A program made the translations under genes and the position numbers. Below, piece after piece: positions 32,434 through 41,311 of a stretch of 64,000 bases of DNA. The stretch is taken from NCBI GenBank assembly GCA_964498255.1, contig CAZCGW010000010.1:2927-66926 (forward strand), read 5' to 3'. The notes beneath the pieces are model-generated. The model made no database searches. It was not told the DNA's origin and was given only the letters and a program-made list of their open reading frames with translations. Each line of letters starts with the position of its first letter. The first letter of the stretch is position 1. Origin of the DNA: an uncultured Dechloromonas sp. GTDB taxonomy: Bacteria > Pseudomonadota > Gammaproteobacteria > Burkholderiales > Rhodocyclaceae.

Positions 32434-34305
32434 ATGAATACACAACAGGCATTGCAGCTGGCATTCCAGCATTTGAATAGCGGTAACTTAGGGGCTGCCG
32501 GGCAGTTGTTTAATAACGTTCTGCAGCAGGAACCACAGAATTTTGCCGCACTCAATGGTCGTGGCTTTATTGCCCTCCAGCAGAATGTGTTGCCGCAGGC
32601 CCAATCGGATTTACAAGCCTCGTTGCGTATTAACCCCAAGCAACCCTTTGCCCACAAGATGTTGGGCATTGTTCTAGGGGCTCAGGGGCAATTTGATGCG
32701 GCCATGCAGGCCTTTGCTGCTGCTTTAGCGCTTGATGCCAAAGACGCTGAAGTCTATTTTAATCGTGCGAACTTCCGTTTTCAGGCAGGGCAGATTCAAG
32801 AGGCGTTAGCTGATCTGGATGCCGCCATTAAATTACGGGGCTCCTATCTGGAGGCGCGTTCGAACAGGGCCAATCTGCTCATACAGCAAGGCGACTTTGC
32901 CCGTGCTGAGAAAGACCTCGATTATCTAGTCAATAAAGTAACCAATAACCCGGATATATGGGTTGCACTAGGTTTAGCGCGCTACAAAGTGGGCAAGTTC
33001 AAAGAGTCCATGCAATGTAATGAGCGTGCGTTGCGCCTGGTGCCCAACCATCCGGATGCCTTATTGAACAGCTCTAGCGCCATGCATGACCAAGGTGAGT
33101 ATCCGGCGGCGCTTGATTGGGCCGAGAAAGCCATCGCTGCTACACCGCAGCGTGCTGAATCACATTACGCCAAGGCGCAAGCCTTGATGGCCATGCATCG
33201 CTTTGCAGAGGCCGTTGCAGCGTATTCGCGAGCCATTGAATTGAACCCGGCCTATGCCGAGGCCTGGATGGGTCGTGGTTTAACCAAGTCCCGCTTGCGT
33301 CAGTTAGACAGTGCGGTGCTGGATTATGACCAGGCCATTGAACTACGCCCCACCTATGACGAAGCCTTTTTCAACAAGGGCCACGTGTATCTGGAGCACC
33401 ATGATTTTGCCAAAGGCTGGGCCGATTATGAGCACCGCTTTGGTATGCCCTCATTAGGCATTACAAACTTACCGAATATTCCTGTGTGGCAGGGGGCGCC
33501 ATTGGCTGGCAAGTTGCTGGTGCGGGGTGAGCAGGGCTTGGGCGACCAGATTATCTTTGCATCAGTGTTGCCTGAGCTGTTGAAGATCGTTGATTCGGTG
33601 TGTCTGCAATTAGAGCCACGCTTGGTGCCGTTGTTCCAGCGCTCGTTCCCGAACGTTGAGGTAATGAGTCGGGATAAGAAGCCACCGGTGGATGTGGCGG
33701 CACAAATCTGTATTGGCAGTTTGCCGCAGTATTTCCGTAAGGATGTGGCGTCTTTTGCCGGTGCGCAGATGCCTTATCTGAAAGCAGACGCTGAAAAGAC
33801 GGCCGCCTTCCGTAAGGCGTTGGCGCCTAATGGTGAACGTTTCATTGGCTTGAACTGGCGTAGCTTCCGCAATAAGTACGCGAATGAGAAGTCGATGGGC
33901 TTGCTTGATATGGCGCCCTTCTTTAATCTGCCGGGCTGTACGGTTGTGAATCTGCAGTACGGGGATGTCAAAGACGAAGTGCGTGCCGCTGAAGCGGCCG
34001 GCCTGCACTTTAATAAAGCTGTGACGATTGATCTGACCAAAGACATTGATGGCATTGCCAGTCTGGTCGATGCCTGTGATGTGCTGGTGAGCACCAGTAA
34101 CACCACGGTACATATTGCCGGGGCTTTGGATAAGCCCGTGCTGCTGATGTTGCCTTATCGCTCTGGTAAGCTCTGGTACTGGTCTGAGGCTAAAGGCGAG
34201 GGTTCGCTCTGGTATCCGTCGATTCAGACCTTCCATCAGGGTGCGCAGGGGGATTGGGCGAGTACAATTGATGCCGTTAAAGAATCGCTCTTAGGCGTGG
34301 GTTAG
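32434..34305 (+). CDS. TPR-repeat protein with a C-terminal GT-B glycosyltransferase-like domain
   Basis: Many TPR units, then GWADYEHRF, W.G..L.GKLLVRGEQGLGD, STSNTTVHIAGAL and SLWYPS...Q...GDW. Confidence 0.85.
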   Translation: MNTQQALQLAFQHLNSGNLGAAGQLFNNVLQQEPQNFAALNGRGFIALQQNVLPQAQSDLQASLRINPKQPFAHKMLGIVLGAQGQFDAAMQAFAAALALDAKDAEVYFNRANFRFQAGQIQEALADLDAAIKLRGSYLEARSNRANLLIQQGDFARAEKDLDYLVNKVTNNPDIWVALGLARYKVGKFKESMQCNERALRLVPNHPDALLNSSSAMHDQGEYPAALDWAEKAIAATPQRAESHYAKAQALMAMHRFAEAVAAYSRAIELNPAYAEAWMGRGLTKSRLRQLDSAVLDYDQAIELRPTYDEAFFNKGHVYLEHHDFAKGWADYEHRFGMPSLGITNLPNIPVWQGAPLAGKLLVRGEQGLGDQIIFASVLPELLKIVDSVCLQLEPRLVPLFQRSFPNVEVMSRDKKPPVDVAAQICIGSLPQYFRKDVASFAGAQMPYLKADAEKTAAFRKALAPNGERFIGLNWRSFRNKYANEKSMGLLDMAPFFNLPGCTVVNLQYGDVKDEVRAAEAAGLHFNKAVTIDLTKDIDGIASLVDACDVLVSTSNTTVHIAGALDKPVLLMLPYRSGKLWYWSEAKGEGSLWYPSIQTFHQGAQGDWASTIDAVKESLLGVG

Positions 34306-34323
34306 CTGCTTGTCTCAGATGCT

Positions 34324-34997
34324 TTAACGTTTTCGGCGCTTCGAAGCCAGTAGTTCGGATCGTCCGATTGTTGCCTGAGTTGTTTCAGGGGGTTCAGGAT
34401 CTGAAAAGCCCGCCGCTTCGATTGTTTGGTCCAAGCCCCGATACGCCACCGACTTTTTCGGGTCGCTTAGAGATGCCATGCCCTCGTTCCACGCATGAAC
34501 CATTTGCTTGGCTGTCGTGCGCCATTCCGGCGCATTTTTTGCTGCTTCAATGACTTCTGCGCCGACCTCAACAGCCGATTCGCATAAGCGCTCAACCATG
34601 TCTGAATAATCCCGAGGGCTGATGCCAAGCCGCGTATTGAAAAAACGCTGCAGCGTTTTCCCCGGCGCCCATGTCTGGCGGCCATCAATCGACAGGCTGG
34701 GCGGGTTGTTCGCGAAACGCGGGTAAGCTTGGGTCGTTACTATGTCATAGACGGGGGAGAGCATTACATCGTCAAGCCCCGTGTAGCAAAGCGCAATGTT
34801 TTTGGCGTGGCAATCCGCGTTGCGCACCACGTAATTGGTCAGTGTATGCCAGCTAAATTGTTCAAACTGGGTGCGGGCATCGTTAGGCTGACGAAATCGG
34901 CCGCATCGACCCCCGGTAAATACTTGAGCAGATATTCGTCACGCTCACGGTAGAGCTGTGCGACAGTCTTGCCGCTTACCTGAACGTCAAGCTTCAT
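34324..34997 (-). pseudogene. hipA: HipA-family kinase toxin with a large internal deletion and frameshift
   Basis: ATG at 34997 coupled to the hipB stop gives 41 codons ending VSLTMP; these join out of frame at 34875-34881 to a C-terminal part with VRNADCHAKN and LSPVYD. Confidence 0.88.
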
Positions 34998-35257
34998 GGC
35001 GTGTCACTTTCCCGCTGTTCGGCTAGGATGTCTTCAACTGTGCGCACGTGTCCCCGTTTTACCAGTTTCAAGTCGTGCCCAGCCGCTTCGAGCAGGCGTA
35101 CCAGCGCGGACACGCTCATGTCGCCCTTGGTCAGATTCTCCATGCGAACCACGGTGGCTCGCGAAACGCCTGCCCGTTGGGCGATCTCGTCCTGGCTTAG
35201 CCGCGCTTCTCGGCGAGCGATCTTCAGTATTTTGGCAACATCTGAAAGCGTGGTCAT
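34994..35257 (-). CDS. HipB-like XRE helix-turn-helix antitoxin
   Basis: 87 aa; ARREARLSQDEIAQRAGVSRATVVRME; ATGA coupling to hipA. Confidence 0.85.
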   Translation of the reverse strand: MTTLSDVAKILKIARREARLSQDEIAQRAGVSRATVVRMENLTKGDMSVSALVRLLEAAGHDLKLVKRGHVRTVEDILAEQRESDTP

Positions 35258-35320
35258 TGTAGCCTCTGGGCACCATAAAACTAATTAACGGGTTTAAATG
35301 TAGCCCTTGGGTTCCATAAA
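35258..35320. promoter_or_regulatory. Two HipB-operator-like direct repeats
   Basis: 22-bp repeats at 35258-35279 and 35299-35320 (18/22), each TAGCC-N8-CCATA; same geometry as the E. coli HipB TATCC-N8-GGATA operator. Confidence 0.6.
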
Positions 35321-35452
35321 GTCAACCGATAATTCGGTTGATCAGGGAGATGCGTCATCTGGCTGCAGAAGTTATCGACCCATGCCTTGAGGCAGGTACA
35401 ATTGAACAAAAGGTTAATTGTGAAAAAAATAAGCTGAAAGAGGCGGTTGGGT

Positions 35453-36130
35453 ATGTCCAGAATTCAGGTGGTTATCGGGTTTGATCAGCGCGAATCAGTG
35501 GCGTATCACACCTTCTGTCAAAGCATTCTGGCGCGGGCATCACAGCCCGTATCGTTTACACCGCTGGCGCTCAATACTTTGAACAGTTATGTTGAGCAGC
35601 ATACCGACGGCAGCAACGCCTTCATCTATTCCCGCTTTCTAACGCCTTACCTGATGGATTATCAGGGCTGGGCGATTTTTGCTGATGGCGACATGATCTG
35701 CCTGGATGATATTGCCAAGCTGTGGGCATTGCGTGATGAGAGCAAGGCGGTGATGGTCGTCAAACACGACTACAAGACCAAGGCCCATGAGAAGTACCTG
35801 GGTAACAAGAATCAGGATTACCCACGCAAGAACTGGTCGAGCGTGATTCTGTGGAACTGTGCGCATCCGGCCAACCGTTGCCTCGACCCGCGGTATGTGA
35901 TGACGCACCCGGGCTCGCACCTGCATCGCTTTGCCTGGCTGGATGATGCGCTGGTGGGTGAGATTCCTAAAGAATGGAATTGGCTGACGACCGAATATCC
36001 CGATAACTACGATGCCAAGCTGTTGCATTACACGCTGGGTACGCCGTGTTTTAAAGACTATACGGATTCCGAAATGGCCGAGTTGTGGCATGCCGAGCAC
36101 GCCAAGATTAATCAGGGTATGGGCGCTTAA
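35453..36130 (+). CDS. GT-A glycosyltransferase (GT8-related, CDI-like family)
   Basis: IGFDQRE, SNAFIYSRF, DxD motif FADGDM, YPRKNWSSV, WNWL and LHYTLGTP. Confidence 0.8.
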   Translation: MSRIQVVIGFDQRESVAYHTFCQSILARASQPVSFTPLALNTLNSYVEQHTDGSNAFIYSRFLTPYLMDYQGWAIFADGDMICLDDIAKLWALRDESKAVMVVKHDYKTKAHEKYLGNKNQDYPRKNWSSVILWNCAHPANRCLDPRYVMTHPGSHLHRFAWLDDALVGEIPKEWNWLTTEYPDNYDAKLLHYTLGTPCFKDYTDSEMAELWHAEHAKINQGMGA

Positions 36131-36157
36131 GCCCTTTCTCGACTGCGCTAATAACCG

Positions 36158-37654
36158 ATGGCAAAAAAGAAGTCGGCCTTTGATCGGGTGGAGAAGCGCC
36201 CGCCAGGGGCGGCTGCCATTGCGGCCTTGAGTCAGCAGGGTTTGATGCTGTTGCAGCAGGGGCAATTTGCGCAGGGGGCTGAGTTGTTGCAGCAGTCGCT
36301 GGCGCAAAATGCCCGGCAGCCGGAGGTGAGTTACAACCTCGGCTATGCTTTGCAGCAAATGGGACGGCAGACCGAAGCGTTGGCCGCTTATACGCAGGCG
36401 GTGACGCTAATGCCTGAGGATCTGGATGCCGTAATGAGCCGTGGCCGCGTGTTGGCGAATCTGCGGCGCTATACCGAAGCGGCTGCCGACTTTGTTAAAG
36501 CCACGCGCCTGGTGCCGCAAAACCCGGATGCCTGGAACAACCTCGGTAATGTGCTGCTCGATCTGGAGCGGGAAGCTGATGCGGTTGCTGCATACGATAA
36601 GGCGTTGGCGCTGCGTCCAAATTTTGCACAGGTGTTGTTCAACAAAGGCAAAGCCCTCGGTGCGCTGGAGCGTTATAGCGAAGCCGCGGCCTGCTATGAA
36701 AATGCGCTGGCATTGAACCCGGATTACGAAGAGGCCAAGTGGCATCTGTCGTGGGTAAAGCTGGTACAGGGTGATTTTGCGCAGGGCTGGCCGCTGTTTG
36801 AAGCGCGCTGGACCGTGCCGAGCCTGGGCAATCAGCGGCGCTATCCGCAGATTCTGCAATGGTTGGGGCAAGAAACCGTCGCTGGTAAATCGATACTGCT
36901 CTATGCCGAGCAGGGTCTGGGCGACACCTTGCAGTTCTGCCGCTATGTGCCGGTACTGCAGGGATTGGGTGCGAAAGTGAGCCTAGCGGTTCAGGCGTCG
37001 TTGGTCTCGCTGCTGGCCGATCAGTGGCCGGGCGTGACGGTGGCAGAATCTTTTGCCGATGCCTCGGGTTTTGATCTGGCAATACCATTGATGAGTTTGC
37101 CGTTAGCGTTGGGTACCACGCTGGAAAGTATTCCCGCTGCCGTGCCTTATATCCGTGTGCGTGATGCCGCTGAGCCTGTTGTTAGCGATCGACCACGCGT
37201 TGGCCTGGTGTGGTCCGGTAGTGCAGGTCATAAGAACGACAAGAGCCGCAGTATGGCTTTGCCGACTTTGGCGCCGCTATTTGATTTGCCGGTAGATTGG
37301 GTGTGTTTGCAACCGGAGTTACGTGAGGCAGATCATGCCTGGTTGGCAGCCCAACCAAGCGTTGCGTTGTCGCAACCGGCGTTAACAGATTTTGCAGAAA
37401 CCGCGCGTGTAATTGCTGGCCTGGATTGGGTGGTCACGGTGGATACCGCAGTAGCCCATCTGGCCGGCGCCTTGGGTAAAGAGGTCTGGTTGTTATTGCC
37501 CACAGGGCCCGATTATCGCTGGTTGCTGGAACGTGCTGACTCGCCCTGGTATCCAACGGCGCGCTTGTTCCGTCAATCGGCGCGAGGTGATTGGGCTGGT
37601 GTGGTTGGCCGGTTAGCCGATGCGATTCGCGATAGAATGCCTCAAACCATTTAG
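36158..37654 (+). CDS. Second TPR-repeat/GT-B glycosyltransferase-like protein
   Basis: TPR units, then GWPLFEARW, EQGLGDTLQFCRY, VTVDTAVAHLAGALG and SPWYPTARLFRQ...GDW. Confidence 0.85.
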   Translation: MAKKKSAFDRVEKRPPGAAAIAALSQQGLMLLQQGQFAQGAELLQQSLAQNARQPEVSYNLGYALQQMGRQTEALAAYTQAVTLMPEDLDAVMSRGRVLANLRRYTEAAADFVKATRLVPQNPDAWNNLGNVLLDLEREADAVAAYDKALALRPNFAQVLFNKGKALGALERYSEAAACYENALALNPDYEEAKWHLSWVKLVQGDFAQGWPLFEARWTVPSLGNQRRYPQILQWLGQETVAGKSILLYAEQGLGDTLQFCRYVPVLQGLGAKVSLAVQASLVSLLADQWPGVTVAESFADASGFDLAIPLMSLPLALGTTLESIPAAVPYIRVRDAAEPVVSDRPRVGLVWSGSAGHKNDKSRSMALPTLAPLFDLPVDWVCLQPELREADHAWLAAQPSVALSQPALTDFAETARVIAGLDWVVTVDTAVAHLAGALGKEVWLLLPTGPDYRWLLERADSPWYPTARLFRQSARGDWAGVVGRLADAIRDRMPQTI

Positions 37655-37679
37655 GGCAACTTTAGGAAACGGTGCTTTG

Positions 37680-38144
37680 ATGAAAAAGCTGGTGGCAGTC
37701 TGTGGATTGGCTTGTGCCTTATTGTTGGCCGGTTGCGCCTCGGGTGGTTTTGGCAGCTCGGAAAGCCTCGATAACATTCAGCAGCAATTGCTGGGTGATA
37801 TGCCGCTGCCGCAAGGGTCGAAAATCAGTAATGAGCAATCGATCATTCTGGGCGGTGGTCCACAGTGGACAGGCCGTATCGTGATCAGTACGCCACAAGG
37901 CCCAACCGATACCTTTACCTTCTTCCGGGATCAGTTCCCCAAGGCCGGCTGGACCGGTATTTCTTCGATCAAGGCCAAGACCAGTATTCTGGTGTTTGCC
38001 AAGGGCGACAGAACGGTCACGGTAGAGATTAATGAAAGCGGTACCTTTGCCAGCGGCGGTTCCATCGTTAACCTGACGGCCGCACCCAAGGGTGGTACAG
38101 CGCCGGTGAATGTGACGCCGGGGCAGAATCTGCCGCCACGTTGA
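37680..38144 (+). CDS. Conserved hypothetical lipoprotein
   Basis: Signal peptide with lipobox LLAGC; ATG at 37680. Confidence 0.75.
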   Translation: MKKLVAVCGLACALLLAGCASGGFGSSESLDNIQQQLLGDMPLPQGSKISNEQSIILGGGPQWTGRIVISTPQGPTDTFTFFRDQFPKAGWTGISSIKAKTSILVFAKGDRTVTVEINESGTFASGGSIVNLTAAPKGGTAPVNVTPGQNLPPR

Positions 38145-38684
38145 GTGTTGCTGAGGCCTCGTTCCACTCAGAAAGGCATCACGCTGATCGAAGTCTTGGT
38201 TGGCTTGGTCGTATTCGTGATTGCCGGGATGCTGGCGGTGCCTTCGTTTAGCGATTATCTGGAACGGCAGCGTTTGAAGGCGGCTGCCGAGGGCTTGGCT
38301 AGTAGCCTGAATCTGGCGCGCTCTGAGGCGTTGGCGCAACAACGATTTATGTATGTACAGCTGGCCGGGCAGGGTGGCGAGCGCTGGTGCTATGCCGTCG
38401 CCAAGGAGGCCAAGTGCGATTGCTTTTCTGCGGGTTGCGAGGCTGTGCAACGCGGTGATTCAGGCAAGCTAACGGGTGTGACATTGGGGAGTTCCAGTCG
38501 CACCACCTTCCGCTTTAACTGGAAGAATGGTTCGGCCACCGGCGCTAACGGAACTGCCAGTTTTGTCGGGCAAAAAACTGGTCAGCAACTCTGTGTGGTG
38601 CTGAGTAATCTGGGGCGGGTTAGAATCATTACTTCCAAGAACAAGCCCGTTGCCGGGTACCCGCAGGATGCAACCTGTCGTTAA
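38145..38684 (+). CDS. GspH/FimT-family minor pilin (pseudopilin)
   Basis: Prepilin cleavage/methylation site QKG|ITLIEVL, LARSEA and several C-terminal cysteines. Confidence 0.82.
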   Translation: MLLRPRSTQKGITLIEVLVGLVVFVIAGMLAVPSFSDYLERQRLKAAAEGLASSLNLARSEALAQQRFMYVQLAGQGGERWCYAVAKEAKCDCFSAGCEAVQRGDSGKLTGVTLGSSSRTTFRFNWKNGSATGANGTASFVGQKTGQQLCVVLSNLGRVRIITSKNKPVAGYPQDATCR

Positions 38685-38687
38685 GCT

Positions 38688-39935
38688 ATGAGCCATCATC
38701 ACAAACATCGGCATACGCCGACGAGCGAACCGTCTTCACAGGCCAATGACTTTGATCTGATCATTGTCGGTGGCGGACTGACGGGCTCGGCACTGGCAGT
38801 AGCGCTGGCCGATACCTCCTTACGCATCGCGCTGGTGGACGCCCGTGCGCCGAGCCGCCCGAAAGATTGGCCGATACAGTGGGACAACCGGGTGTACGCG
38901 ATTAGCCCGGGCAGTGCCGATTTGCTGGCACAGATTGGTTGTTGGGAACATCTGACGCCGGATCGTTTGCAGCGTGTGGCGCAGATGGTGGTGAGCGGTG
39001 ATTCCGGTGGTGTGATTAATTTCTCTGCCTTTGATATCGGCACGGAAGAATTGGCCTGGATTGTGGAGTCGTCTGAGATGGCCTGCGAGCTCTGGACTTC
39101 AGTAAGCCGCCAGCGCAACGTGACCTGCTTCTGCCCGGCTACGCCACTCGCGTTGCAGGTAAATGCAGATGTCGCTGAGCTGACACTGGCAAGTGGCCAG
39201 GTATTGCGTGCCAAACTGGTGGTGGGTGCCGACGGGCGTGAATCCTGGGTGCGTGAACAGATGGGTTTGAGCAGCCAGCACGATCCGTATAACGAGCTGG
39301 GGGTAGTTGCTAACTTCCGGACAGAATTGCCGCACTTTGGTACGGCCTATCAGTGGTTCCGTGAAGATGGTGTTCTGGCCTATCTGCCGCTGGCGGGTGG
39401 CGCAGGTGGTGACCAGGGGAAAATGATTTCCATGGTCTGGTCGGCGCCGGAGGAATTTGCTAAAGAACTGCTGGCGTTGCCGGCCGAAGAGTTGGCTTAT
39501 CGCGTGGCCAATGCGGGTGAAAACAAATTGGGCCAGTTAACGCTCATGGCTCCGGCGGCAGGCTTCCCGCTCAAGCTGGTGCGGGTGCCGCAAGTGGTGA
39601 CGCCCCGTGTGGCGCTGATTGGCGATGCCGCGCATGGGATTCATCCGCTCACCGGGCATGGGGTGAATCTGGGCTTTCAGGATGTGCGAGTGCTTGCTGA
39701 GGTGATCAGGACGGCGCGCGCTGTCGATGATCTGGGTGATCTGCGGCTGTTGTCACGCTACCAACGCGCACGGCGTGAAGAAGTGGTGGTGCTGCAGTCG
39801 ATGACAGATGCGATGCGCAAGCTGTTTGCCAGCAAAGCGCCCGGTTTGAGCGTGCTGCGTAATGTGGGTTTGAATTTGACGGATAAGCTGACGCCATTAA
39901 AGTCGATGCTGATTCGTTATGCGCTTGAGCGCTAA
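38688..39935 (+). CDS. UbiH/UbiF/VisC-family FAD-dependent ubiquinone biosynthesis hydroxylase
   Basis: IVGGGLTG, RVYAIS, VGADG and LIGDAAHGIHPLTGHGVNLGFQD. Confidence 0.9.
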   Translation: MSHHHKHRHTPTSEPSSQANDFDLIIVGGGLTGSALAVALADTSLRIALVDARAPSRPKDWPIQWDNRVYAISPGSADLLAQIGCWEHLTPDRLQRVAQMVVSGDSGGVINFSAFDIGTEELAWIVESSEMACELWTSVSRQRNVTCFCPATPLALQVNADVAELTLASGQVLRAKLVVGADGRESWVREQMGLSSQHDPYNELGVVANFRTELPHFGTAYQWFREDGVLAYLPLAGGAGGDQGKMISMVWSAPEEFAKELLALPAEELAYRVANAGENKLGQLTLMAPAAGFPLKLVRVPQVVTPRVALIGDAAHGIHPLTGHGVNLGFQDVRVLAEVIRTARAVDDLGDLRLLSRYQRARREEVVVLQSMTDAMRKLFASKAPGLSVLRNVGLNLTDKLTPLKSMLIRYALER

Positions 39936-39954
39936 ATTGCTAAAGGAACGATGT

Positions 39955-40659
39955 ATGAAGAAAGTGGTGTTGAGCCTACTGGCGGCAAGTGTGGTGAGTC
40001 TGGGCGCATCTTCGGTGAGCGCCCAGGAAATTGCATCGCCAGCGTTGGCTAAGATTGTTGAAAGCCAGATGGGCGTGAAGCCACAGCGCATTATCAAGAC
40101 GCCTTACCTGAGTGGTCTGTATGAGATCTACGCTGGCGGTCAGCTCTTCTATAGCGATGAAAAGGGCTCGGTATTTGTCTTTGGTTCGCTGATTGATGGC
40201 AAAACCCATCGCAACATTACTGCCGAGCAGCAGCTTGCTTTGCTGCCATTACAGGATGCGCTTAAGCGGGTGAATGGTAATGGTGGTAACGGCAAACGGA
40301 CGCTGATTACCTTTGAAGATCCAAACTGCGGTTACTGTAAGAAGCTGACCAAGGAGCTGGTGAACCTGAAGGATTCGACGGTCTACACCTTTATGGTGCC
40401 AATGCTTTCGGAAGATTCTCTGGTGAAGTCGCGCAAGATCTGGTGCGCGAGTGATCGTTTGAAAGCCTGGGATGACTGGATGATCAATGGCAAAGCGCCT
40501 GCCGGTTCGGATAATTGTGCCAATCCATTGGAACGCAACAGTAAGCTGGCGCAGGGCTTGGGCGTGAGTGGTACGCCGGCGATCTTTTTTCCGAACGGTG
40601 AAAAGATTCCGGGCTATATGCCGCTGGATAAAATTGAGAAGGCGCTTAAAGGGAATTGA
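39955..40659 (+). CDS. dsbC: Thiol:disulfide interchange protein DsbC
   Basis: Signal peptide, FEDPNCGYC, and the cis-Pro loop GTPA. Confidence 0.9.
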   Translation: MKKVVLSLLAASVVSLGASSVSAQEIASPALAKIVESQMGVKPQRIIKTPYLSGLYEIYAGGQLFYSDEKGSVFVFGSLIDGKTHRNITAEQQLALLPLQDALKRVNGNGGNGKRTLITFEDPNCGYCKKLTKELVNLKDSTVYTFMVPMLSEDSLVKSRKIWCASDRLKAWDDWMINGKAPAGSDNCANPLERNSKLAQGLGVSGTPAIFFPNGEKIPGYMPLDKIEKALKGN

Positions 40660-40671
40660 TTTTAAGGAATC

Positions 40672-40971
40672 TTATTCGTTCGTTCGTGGGCTAACTTCAC
40701 GTTGGTGGCGAAGGGTCAAGATGAGGACTTCGTTTTCGGCTGGGTAAAAGTCATACAGCGCTACGTAGCCCGTGCTGCCTCTGGAAATGACGAGCTCTCG
40801 AAGTCCGTTGCCTTTCGGTCTACCGACTTGTGGATGGCGTTCTAGTACGCCAATTGCATCCACTATAAGGCCAGTTGTTTCGACTGCTGCCACAGGGTCG
40901 GCATTAAATAGAAACTCTGTTAAGCGCTTTAGATCGTATAACGCTCGTCGCGCATAGCTTATTTTCGCCAT
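40672..40971 (-). CDS. RelE/ParE-family toxin
   Basis: YARRALYDLKRLTEFL, HPQVGR, RELVI and ILTLRHQRE; overlaps the antitoxin stop. Confidence 0.88.
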   Translation of the reverse strand: MAKISYARRALYDLKRLTEFLFNADPVAAVETTGLIVDAIGVLERHPQVGRPKGNGLRELVISRGSTGYVALYDFYPAENEVLILTLRHQREVSPRTNE

Positions 40972-41243
40972 GGTTGCGTCTCAGGCAATGGCGGATTTTC
41001 GCCACGGGCTACTGCGCGGACATAGTCGTGGACATCCTCGGCGGCAAAGCTAAGCCCGGTGTTATGGGTTTCTTCGCGTGCCGCGTAAGCATCGGCAAGA
41101 AAACGCTCTTCAGTTTCAGCGCTGGTAATGGCTTGCTCTATGGCTTGCACCATAAAAGCATGAGGTGAGAGCCCTTGGTGTTCAGCGGCTAATTGAGCGC
41201 GTGCCTTAAGCTCATCGGGTAGTTTGAGCGATGTGGTTGCCAT
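40959..41243 (-). CDS. CopG/ribbon-helix-helix antitoxin
   Basis: MATTSLKLPDELKARAQLAA...SPHAFMVQAI; RBS ggag before the ATG at 41243. Confidence 0.85.
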   Translation of the reverse strand: MATTSLKLPDELKARAQLAAEHQGLSPHAFMVQAIEQAITSAETEERFLADAYAAREETHNTGLSFAAEDVHDYVRAVARGENPPLPETQPWRK

Positions 41244-41260
41244 ATCGGTGGCTCCAAAGG

Positions 41261-41303
41261 AGACGGGTGTTACCAGAGTAACACCCGTCTTCTTTAAAAA
41301 CAA
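41261..41303 (-). promoter_or_regulatory. TA promoter overlapped by a 13-bp perfect IR (operator; may also terminate amt)
   Basis: Minus strand TTGTTT-N17-TACTCT; IR agacgggtgttac-caga-gtaacacccgtct at 41261-41290. Confidence 0.68.
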
Positions 41304-41311
41304 CTAGCAGA

